Shown: one piece after another, positions 53,725-61,382 of the stretch | How the letters are laid out: the number at the start of each line of letters is the position of its first letter | Position numbering within the stretch: position 1 is the first letter of the stretch | NCBI GenBank assembly: GCA_964610395.1 | Contig: CAZSXP010000003.1 | Location: 5,719-67,100, forward strand | Source: an uncultured Gammaproteobacteria bacterium | Lineage (GTDB): Bacteria > Patescibacteriota > Microgenomatia > UBA8517 | Direction: 5' to 3' | DNA: 61,382 bases | Translations under genes and position numbers: made by a program | The notes under the pieces: generated by a model | Seen by the model: the letters and a program-made list of their open reading frames with translations, nothing else | Database searches by the model: none | Told to the model about the DNA's origin: nothing

Positions 53725-56346
53725 TTATCCAACTTTTGGAAAGTGGCATTTTTTCCATTTCTTTTTTGACCCGCACCAACAAGGATCGTTGCGACCAAGT
53801 TTAGTCGTAGTGGACGTTGATTCAGACAAGCCTGTTCCATCTTTTATATCAATATTTTCTCTCATCAAATTAGTTGGTATTTCTTGTGGTTTTTCTGAAA
53901 CTCCAATTCTAAAAATTCTTCTTACTACTTCTTCATTAATTCTGGCCAATAAGGCCCCAAACATTTCATATGCTTCACCTTTAAATTCAACTAATGGATC
54001 ACGTTGGCCATATGCACGTAGTCCTATTGCACCCCTTAAATCATCAATTGTATCAATGTGTTCAATCCAATGGTGATCAATTGATCCTAAATATGCATAT
54101 TTTTCAATTTGGCGCATAGTTTCAGATCCCACCTGTTCTTCTCTTGATTTATACATATCAGTAAAAACTTTTTCTATAAACTCCTCAGCAGCTTGTGAAG
54201 TTTCTCTTTTTTGAAGTTCCGTTTTAAATTTCTTTGTTGAATCAGGATCAAAAGGAATAACTTCCAAAAATCCAGCCACTACAGAATCATAGTCAACTCT
54301 CTCTGTTTCACTTTGTGTTATTCTTCCTGCATGAATACCTAATTTTTCTAATATCTCATCTTTTAAATTAGTACTTTCTAGAACTTTTCTTCTTAACTTA
54401 TATATAATTTCTCTTTGTTGATTTGCAACATCATCAAATTCTACCAATCTTTTTCTAGTATCAAAATGAAATCCTTCCACCTTAACTTGTGATTGTTCTA
54501 TAGCTTTACTAACTAGTGAATTTTCAATCGGTTGATCATCAGGAATTGATAATTTATCCATTAATGATTTTATTTGTTCTCCTCCAAAAATTCTCATTAA
54601 ATCATCCTCAAGTGACAGATAAAATTTTGACGAGCCAGGATCTCCTTGTCTTCCTGCGCGTCCTCTTAATTGGTTGTCAATTCTTCTTGATTCATGTCTT
54701 TCAGTTCCAATGACGTGGAGACCACCTACATTTATAACATCATGATGAGCTCTCTCCCATTTTGTAACATCATTTTTCGATTCAGGTACTGCTCCACCTA
54801 AAATAATGTCAACACCACGACCAGCCATATTAGTTGCAACTGTTATGGCTTTAAGTTTTCCTGCATTGGCTATAATTTCAGCTTCTCTTTCATGATTTTT
54901 AGCATTTAATACGTTGTGTGGAATTTTTCTTCTTTTTAAGAGGTCAGAAATTATTACGTTTTTATCTATTGAAGTAGTACCAATCAAGACTGGCTGGCCA
55001 GACTTATATTTTTCTTCTATATCATTTACAATTGCACTATATTTTCCTGAAAGGGTTTTGTAAATTAAATCTCCTTCATCAATTCTGACATTTTCCCTAT
55101 TTGTTGGAATTGCTACAACATCAAGTTTGTATATTTTTTTAAATTCTTCAGCCTCAGTAACTGCAGTTCCTGTCATACCTGATAAATGTTCATACATTCT
55201 GAAGTAATTTTGAAATGAAATAGTTGCCAATGTTTTACTTTCCTGTTGGATAACAACTCCTTCTTTTGCTTCAACTGCTTGATGTAAACCATCACTCCAT
55301 CTTCTACCAACCATCAGCCTTCCTGTAAATTCATCAACTATTGTTACCCCATTATCATTAACTACATAATCTCTATCCTTTAAATAAAGGCTTCTCGCAC
55401 GTAGGGCATTTTCAATATGGTGAATGCTTTCAAAATCTTTTTCGTATAGATTATCAACACCAAGTATCTTCTCAACCTTACTAATTCCAGTTTCGGTAAG
55501 TGAAGCACTTTTTGCTTTTTCATCAATTTTAAAATCTATATCAAGCTGTAATTTATCTACAATTTGAGCAAATTGATAATACTTTTGAGTTGGTTCAGTG
55601 TCTGGTGCTGAAATTATTAAAGGAGTTCTGGCTTCATCAATCAAAATAGAATCAACTTCGTCAACAATTGAGAAATAATGTTCTCGTTGAACCATTTCAT
55701 TTAAACTTTGTACCATGTTGTCTCTTAAATAATCAAACCCAAATTCATTATTTGTCCCATATGTAATATCGGCTGCATATGCTTCTTTTCTACTACATGG
55801 TTTTAAATGAGCAAGTCTTTCGTCGCCATGAGTGTTATCAATAAACTTACTCTCGTACGTAAAAGATTTATTTTCTTGTGTAATAACTCCAACAGATAAT
55901 CCTAGTTTTTCAAAAATAGGGGCATTCCAACCAGCACCAAGTCTTGCTAAAAAATCGTTGACCGTAACAAGATGTACTCCTTTGCCACTTAATGCCCTTA
56001 AATATAATGCGGGAACAGCTGACAATGTTTTACCTTCACCTGTTTTTTGTTCAACTATTTTACCTTCAAAAAGAGCCACAGCTGCCATTAATTGAACATC
56101 ATAATGCCGTTGACCTAAAACCCTCCATGATGCTTCACGGGCAAGAGCAAATGCAGAGGGTAAGACGGATGTAATATCTAAGTTGTCAGATATAAGTTTT
56201 TTTAATTTCTGGGTCTCTTTGACAAAATCAGAATCTTTTAGTTTTTTGTATTTTGATTCTGAAGCGTTGATTAAGGCAACAGTTTTACTTAATTTATCAA
56301 CCTCTCTCTGATTTAAATCTAAAAATTTGAATAAGTTTTTAAACAT
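53725..56346 (-). CDS. secA: Preprotein translocase ATPase SecA
   Basis: QKTGEGKTL (Walker A), VDEVDSILIDEARTPLIIS and TNMAGRGVDI. The C-terminal Zn finger is CWCGSKKKWKKCH. Confidence 0.97.
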   Translation of the reverse strand: MFKNLFKFLDLNQREVDKLSKTVALINASESKYKKLKDSDFVKETQKLKKLISDNLDITSVLPSAFALAREASWRVLGQRHYDVQLMAAVALFEGKIVEQKTGEGKTLSAVPALYLRALSGKGVHLVTVNDFLARLGAGWNAPIFEKLGLSVGVITQENKSFTYESKFIDNTHGDERLAHLKPCSRKEAYAADITYGTNNEFGFDYLRDNMVQSLNEMVQREHYFSIVDEVDSILIDEARTPLIISAPDTEPTQKYYQFAQIVDKLQLDIDFKIDEKAKSASLTETGISKVEKILGVDNLYEKDFESIHHIENALRARSLYLKDRDYVVNDNGVTIVDEFTGRLMVGRRWSDGLHQAVEAKEGVVIQQESKTLATISFQNYFRMYEHLSGMTGTAVTEAEEFKKIYKLDVVAIPTNRENVRIDEGDLIYKTLSGKYSAIVNDIEEKYKSGQPVLIGTTSIDKNVIISDLLKRRKIPHNVLNAKNHEREAEIIANAGKLKAITVATNMAGRGVDIILGGAVPESKNDVTKWERAHHDVINVGGLHVIGTERHESRRIDNQLRGRAGRQGDPGSSKFYLSLEDDLMRIFGGEQIKSLMDKLSIPDDQPIENSLVSKAIEQSQVKVEGFHFDTRKRLVEFDDVANQQREIIYKLRRKVLESTNLKDEILEKLGIHAGRITQSETERVDYDSVVAGFLEVIPFDPDSTKKFKTELQKRETSQAAEEFIEKVFTDMYKSREEQVGSETMRQIEKYAYLGSIDHHWIEHIDTIDDLRGAIGLRAYGQRDPLVEFKGEAYEMFGALLARINEEVVRRIFRIGVSEKPQEIPTNLMRENIDIKDGTGLSESTSTTTKLGRNDPCWCGSKKKWKKCHFPKVG

Positions 56347-56358
56347 AACAATATTATA

Positions 56359-57861
56359 TCAGATGTGAAGCCAAACTCCTCTCACGTCTTTGTATGTCCA
56401 ACCCATGGCGTCCTTGTGGTTAGTTATTATTGCCCATATCCAAATTCCGGCGTCGCCATAGTTAATTCTTAATCTAGAAAGTCTTTGCCAAAAACCAGTA
56501 CCATAAAAAACCATCGGTTGTCCTGCCTCTTTTGAAACTTCCTTTCCTTCCTGTAATTTTAGTTCAAACAAGTCAAGATACTGATCGACTTTGTATTTTT
56601 CAAAAAGCGGTCTGCTTTCCGAATTTCCGGTTTTAGCAAGAGATGTAATGTGATAATTATTCCCCACAATTAAAAGATATGGGGCGGTCACTGCTTCTTT
56701 TGGCATAAAAACTCTGATACCTTCATTTAGATATCCATCAATTTGATCCATATCACCAGTTTCAAACCAGAGGATCTTCCCGTCATATTTTGTAAATGGA
56801 TAATAATAGTGCGATTGAATTATAACCTGATTTTTGGGAAGTTCGTCAATTTTTTGTTGCATAAATTCAAGTGGCATGTTCAACAAGTTTTTGTAATAGG
56901 AAGCCGCATTAAATGCTGTGATTGGAATCAAAAATATAATCAAATATATTGATTTCTTACCCATATATTTATAAAGGGAAAGAGATATGATTACACCGGC
57001 AAAAACAATTCTTCTCATCATCAAATCCCCAGCCCAGTAGGCACCCCCAATTGATATTAATAAAACAAACAATATCCAACTGATCCAGACAGACTTCAAT
57101 TTCACATTTTTGACTAATAAGGAAACTAAAATGAAGGGTGTGATGCTTCCAAAATTATTAATAATACCTACCCAAATATTTCTAATAATTCGTAACACTC
57201 CAAAAGAACTGTAAGCAAAAATTTGTTCGGTTGATCCGCCGAAATCTTTTCTTATCAATAAATATATAAAAGCATAAAAGAGGACGGAAAAGACAATTGA
57301 TAAAATTGCCAATTTAAAAAATCTTCGAATCTCCTTTTTATCAATTTTAAATTCATCTTTAAATATGTTTGGCAGAAGAAAAATTGAGAGAGTCCAATAA
57401 ACGGCATCCACATGTATTCCTACCATTAAAAATATGAAGATTGCAAAGAGTATCGATTTTTTCAAAAGAAAAAAATATATTGCAAATAAATAAAAGGTCA
57501 GAAGAATCGACTGAATCATTAAATTAGTGTTAACAAGCCACACTCCAGGAAAGAGCAAAAATATTACTGTGGGAATCCAAAAATATTTTCCTTTAAAAAC
57601 CTTTTGACAAATCTTGTACATCAAAAAAGTGGAAATTGCCCCAAATATAAATGCCGTGTAATTGGGCAATATTAAACGTGACGTCAACCAGAAAATTGAA
57701 AGGAAAAATGGGTGAATCGGAAAGTGCCCCAGAGAAAATACTTGCCAGAAAGAGTGAGTTGAAACAATACTTAAGTATTCGATTTGATCATAGAAAAGAA
57801 GAGTTTTAGGTGAAGTCAAAAATTCCGCTAGAAATATGAATGTAAAAATTATTAGCTGCAT
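56359..57861 (-). CDS. Polytopic membrane protein, possibly GT-C-like
   Basis: 500 aa, about 10 TM segments and a soluble C-terminal domain. LFYDQIEYL follows TM1. The family was not recognised. Confidence 0.65.
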   Translation of the reverse strand: MQLIIFTFIFLAEFLTSPKTLLFYDQIEYLSIVSTHSFWQVFSLGHFPIHPFFLSIFWLTSRLILPNYTAFIFGAISTFLMYKICQKVFKGKYFWIPTVIFLLFPGVWLVNTNLMIQSILLTFYLFAIYFFLLKKSILFAIFIFLMVGIHVDAVYWTLSIFLLPNIFKDEFKIDKKEIRRFFKLAILSIVFSVLFYAFIYLLIRKDFGGSTEQIFAYSSFGVLRIIRNIWVGIINNFGSITPFILVSLLVKNVKLKSVWISWILFVLLISIGGAYWAGDLMMRRIVFAGVIISLSLYKYMGKKSIYLIIFLIPITAFNAASYYKNLLNMPLEFMQQKIDELPKNQVIIQSHYYYPFTKYDGKILWFETGDMDQIDGYLNEGIRVFMPKEAVTAPYLLIVGNNYHITSLAKTGNSESRPLFEKYKVDQYLDLFELKLQEGKEVSKEAGQPMVFYGTGFWQRLSRLRINYGDAGIWIWAIITNHKDAMGWTYKDVRGVWLHI

Positions 57862-58427
57862 ATGAACATGAGGTTTGCCTCAGGATAAAACCATGTGACT
57901 TTTTTGAATATTTTTTCTAAATTGTTTCCAAACCTAACAGTGTCTGGTCTTTTATCTCCAAAATATAATCTATTAAATACCGTAATCTCAGCCATTGCAG
58001 GGTCCGACCCTGCAATTTCTGCTACTTTATCACCAAAGTAAGTATCGACTATTAATAAATCATATTTTTCAATTTTAAATTTATTAGCATCAACTATTTT
58101 AATATCAATATTATATTTATCTAAATCTAAATATTTTTTGCCTAGTTCAATCATTATTGGATCTATTTCCACCCCTGTTATTTTTGCCTTTGGATATTTT
58201 TTCCTAAGTAATTTTGCAAGTGTTCCACCACCCAAACCTAATATTAGTATGTTCTCGGAGTTATCTTTAATTTGTTTTAGTGTAGATTTCCATATCGTCT
58301 CAACGATACCACCAGATTGTGTAAGTCCACCAGCTTGTATATATGTTCCCATTCCTAAAGTTTTGACAACTTTTAGGTGACCATTATATTTTGATTCTCT
58401 CTCTTCCAAAATTTTAGTTCCCAACAT
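57852..58427 (-). CDS. Spermidine-synthase-like SAM-dependent methyltransferase-fold protein
   Basis: ILILGLGGGTLAKLL...ITGVEIDPIMIELGKKY...IVDANKF...DLLIVD. Confidence 0.7.
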   Translation of the reverse strand: MLGTKILEERESKYNGHLKVVKTLGMGTYIQAGGLTQSGGIVETIWKSTLKQIKDNSENILILGLGGGTLAKLLRKKYPKAKITGVEIDPIMIELGKKYLDLDKYNIDIKIVDANKFKIEKYDLLIVDTYFGDKVAEIAGSDPAMAEITVFNRLYFGDKRPDTVRFGNNLEKIFKKVTWFYPEANLMFICS

Positions 58428-58429
58428 AT

Positions 58430-60225
58430 TTATTGATAACCTTTTGCTTGGAGTTTAAAGGCATGAGCGTATTTCCCGTCATTTTTAAGTAGGTCTTCAT
58501 GTGATCCTTGTTCAATAATTTTTCCTTTATCTAAAACTATAATTCTGTCTGCATTTCTAACAGTTGAAAATCTATGAGAAATAATTATAACTGTTTTGTT
58601 TTTTGCAAATTTATAAATATTATCAAAAATTGCAGCTTCTGCTACGGCATCAATTGATGCAGTTGGTTCATCAAGAATTAAAACAGGTGAATCACGATGA
58701 AAAACTATTGCAATTGCAATCTTTTGCCATTGTCCTGTACTTGGCCTAATTCCACCCTTATACCTTTCAGATAAAATCTGATCTATTCCATTTTTATATT
58801 TTTCTACAAATCCTAAAGCATCTGCTTTTTTGAGTGATTCCATAATTGATTCTTTAGTAACCTGTCTATTAGTGCTATCGATTTCTATATTTTCCCTAAC
58901 CGTTAAATTTGTATATTGGTTATAGTCTTGAAAGAGAATTGCTAAATTTTTATACCAAGAATTAATTTCCAAATCATTAATGTTTATTTTATTCAAATTT
59001 ATTGAACCGCTCGTAACCCTATATATTCTACAAAGTAGTTTGACTAATGTCGTTTTACCTGCTCCATTTCACCCACAATTGCAACCTTCTCACCAGCTTT
59101 GATATCAAGGTTAATACCTTTAAAAATTAATTTGTCTGAGTTTGGATATTAAAACGAAACATTATTAAGATTAATTGATTGCACTTTGTTTGTTAATTTA
59201 GATTCTCCATCTTTTTCTGAAATATATTTTGTAAACAGTTCCATTACATCACTTATCCTCACAGAGTTCTCTCTTAAAGAGACAATATTGCCAGTAAAAC
59301 TACTGAAAGAATCTGCAAAAATTCTTAGGGATCGTATCTCAAAAGTTAGTTGACCAATACTAATGATTTTACTTACTAATCTTTGTAAAATTGTAATTAT
59401 TCCGTATCCGAAAACAACAGAGTCTAGAATAGAACCAACAAACATAGTTACATTCCATCTTTTTCGAATTGATACAACTTGATCAACCATGTAATTAATA
59501 TATTTTTTTATCCTGCCTTCTAGAAAGTTAGTTCCCTGAGACAATATCAATTCTTTTAGAGGGGCTGGTTCGGCTAAATAATTCATTGAGCCGTTATTTT
59601 TTCTTCTTTCTTCTGTCAAATCTCTATTTAGAGTCCATAATAATCTTATATATTTTTGATTTGTAGCAAACTTAAAAATCATAACCATAAAAAAGGCTAA
59701 GGCAACAATAGGTATAGATTTAATAATTACAATTCCAGAAATTATAAATGTAAAAATTCCAGCTACAATTGACATTAAGTTTTGCATGTAATTTAAAATA
59801 TTACTTTGTTCCTCATTAAATCGTTGAGTTTTATTTGTAACTTCAGGATTTTCTAAGTTTTGTATCCCTAAAACCGAAAGTCTTTTTATAAGCATTTCTC
59901 GTAAGGTGTAATAATCTCTATACGAAATAATTCTCCAAAAATAAGTGTTAATAATATCTATAAACTGGAAAAATAAATAAGAACCAATTATCATAAAAAC
60001 TATTGGTAGAAATGAGTAAATATCTGTTGCTTTAATTTCTAACACATGTATAGCTTGATCTGTTGCTAAAGCCACAATATACGCGTTTATCAAACCTGAA
60101 AGCGCTGATATCATGTGTGTGACTATTGTCACAGATATCATTAAGGGATAATTTTTGAAATATATAGAAAGTACCCACTTGGTAACATCGAATGTGCGGA
60201 GTAATTCGGTTTTTAAAAGTTTCAT
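58430..60225 (-). pseudogene. Disrupted ABC exporter (fused TMD-NBD, MsbA-like): in-frame TAA plus a 1-nt deletion in Walker A
   Basis: The TMD ORF ends ...NLNNVSF-TAA(59149-59151)-YPNSDKLIFKGINLDIKAGEKVAIVGE. A T3 run at 59067-59069 then shifts the frame. Adding one base restores GENGAGKTTLVKLLCRIYRVTSGSINLNKININDL, which joins ORF 58430..58996 carrying the signature-region, Walker B (ILDEPTASID) and H-loop (ISHR) motifs. Confidence 0.75.
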
Positions 60226-61382
60226 TTTGGAACGCTAATTTTTTCCTTCCCCATCCATTTTTGAAGAACTTTGGGAATGTTTACTGATCCATCTTCATTT
60301 TGATAATTTTCCAAAATTGCAATTGGAACACGTGACATAACAACTGCAGTCCCATTTATCATATGAATATATTCTGTTTCACCATTTTTCTTTTTATATT
60401 TAATATTTAAATTTCTTGCTTGGTAATCTGTACAATTTGAAGTTGAAGTAACTTCGCCGTAATCTTCTCTTCCTGGCATCCAAACTTCTATATCAAACTT
60501 TCTTGCAGCCATTGCACCCAAATCTCCTGTGCACATTTCAAGAACTCTATATGGAAGTTCTAGTTCCTGATAAATTTCTTCTTCTATTCTTAATATTTCT
60601 TCATGTAACCTTTCAGAATCTTCTGGCTTACAATAAATAAACATTTCAGTTTTTGAAAATTGGTGAACTCTGTAAAGTCCTTTTGAATATTTTCCATATG
60701 CCCCTGCTTCTTGTCTAAAGCAATGTGAATAACCAATATATTTAAGTGGTAATACGCTTTCTGGAATAACCTCGTCTGCATGACTTCCAGCAAGAGTTAC
60801 TTCTGCTGTTGCTATTAGTCCTAAATCTTGTCCTTCAATAGTATATGTCTGTGCTTCATCACCTTTTGGAGCATAACCTGTACCTAAATAATATCTAGAT
60901 TTTGCAAGGTCTGGTGTAATTACTGGTAAAAAACCAAGTTTTGATAATTTATCAAAAACATAATGTGTAAGTGCTAGTTCAAGCATTGCTCCATCACCAT
61001 AAAGAAAATAAAATTGGGATCCTGCAACTTTCGATCCTGCTTCAAAATCTAAAATGCCCAAACTTTTTCCTAATTCCAAGTGATCTTTTGGTGTAAAAGT
61101 GAATTTTGTAGGTGTTTCCCATTTTTTAATTTCTATATTATCTTTTTCATTTTTCCCAACTGGAGATTTTGAAGATGAGACGTTTGGAACTTTCCATAAA
61201 AGCTCATTAAATTCTTCTTCAACTTCTTTTAACTTTTCTTCAAGTTTTTTAAGTTCTACTTTTAAATTTTTGCCTTCTTCAACATCGTCTCTACCCAATT
61301 TGTTCTTCTTTGCACGAATTTCCTCTGAAGCTAGAATATGTTTTCTTCTTTCTTTATCAACTTCTAATAATTTATCAACAAC
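60222..61382 (-). CDS. serS: Seryl-tRNA synthetase (N-terminus runs off the window end)
   Basis: FRQEAGAYG, VHQFSKTEMF and TSTSNCTDYQARNLNI. The reading frame stays open upstream of the tracked Met to position 61382 (coiled-coil arm ...VVDKLLEVDKERRKHILASEEIRAKKNKL). Confidence 0.93.
   Translation of the reverse strand, partial: VVDKLLEVDKERRKHILASEEIRAKKNKLGRDDVEEGKNLKVELKKLEEKLKEVEEEFNELLWKVPNVSSSKSPVGKNEKDNIEIKKWETPTKFTFTPKDHLELGKSLGILDFEAGSKVAGSQFYFLYGDGAMLELALTHYVFDKLSKLGFLPVITPDLAKSRYYLGTGYAPKGDEAQTYTIEGQDLGLIATAEVTLAGSHADEVIPESVLPLKYIGYSHCFRQEAGAYGKYSKGLYRVHQFSKTEMFIYCKPEDSERLHEEILRIEEEIYQELELPYRVLEMCTGDLGAMAARKFDIEVWMPGREDYGEVTSTSNCTDYQARNLNIKYKKKNGETEYIHMINGTAVVMSRVPIAILENYQNEDGSVNIPKVLQKWMGKEKISVPK

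Noticed and set aside
59149-59151. In-frame TAA inside the ABC exporter considered as stop-codon reassignment or programmed read-through.
   Set aside because: TAA terminates many well-supported genes in the window, and a separate frameshift lies 80 nt downstream. Gene decay or sequence error is the simpler explanation.
1-61382. Search for tRNA, rRNA or other structured RNA genes, a diversity-generating retroelement, CRISPR-Cas, an integrase or transposase, and known defence systems.
   Set aside because: No intergenic space exceeds ~160 nt except the TA-remnant region. No ORF shows reverse transcriptase, Cas, recombinase or nuclease/ATPase defence signatures that I can recognise. Small ncRNAs antisense to coding regions cannot be excluded by eye.

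Overview
This is an AT-rich, very compact bacterial fragment with almost no intergenic DNA. Nearly all genes are on the minus strand and many have 4-nt stop/start overlaps. TGA and TAA are both used as stops and RF2 is present, so the standard code 11 applies. The gene content and style resemble a CPR/Patescibacteria (Microgenomates-like) genome, but that is inference only. No rRNA, tRNA, CRISPR array, transposase, integrase or reverse transcriptase was recognised.

**Positions 1-37.6 kb: envelope-glycosylation locus.**
- It holds 13 large polytopic GT-C-like membrane proteins in about six sequence families. A 14th lies at 56.4 kb.
- It holds nine GT-A/GT-B domains, three of them polyprenol-phosphate-sugar-synthase-like and one fused to a GtrA domain.
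- It also encodes a Wzx-like flippase, a SAM methyltransferase and rfbABCD for dTDP-L-rhamnose.
- Interspersed genes are a secreted CHAP/SH3b hydrolase, a Bro-N/DinD-like gene, an NrnA-like DHH phosphoesterase and an orphan trmD.

**Positions 37.6-44.6 kb: cell-surface gene array.** This is a co-directional run of genes encoding a CAP-domain protein, a 1532-aa LTD/beta-helix/FN3 giant protein, VanZ and a second LTD protein. Pro/Thr-rich linkers occur in the giant protein and the second LTD protein.

**Positions 44.5-61.4 kb: mostly housekeeping.** Genes are a YerC/TrpR-like regulator, ftsE, ftsX, an M23 coiled-coil protein, prfB, a HAD hydrolase, tgt flanked by two LytR_C paralogs, an FKBP PPIase, secA and partial serS.

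**Observations most worth a second look:**
- The scale and paralog structure of the GT-C locus.
- An apparently circularly permuted M23 domain in the FtsEX-linked protein.
- A repeated long palindrome bracketing the YerC-like regulator gene.
- A degenerate RHH/RelE toxin-antitoxin pair missed by the ORF track, with a consensus leaderless promoter.
- A decaying ABC exporter gene with a nonsense codon and a Walker A frameshift.
- A recurrent '-10 box + 6 nt + ATG' leaderless architecture at four gene heads.
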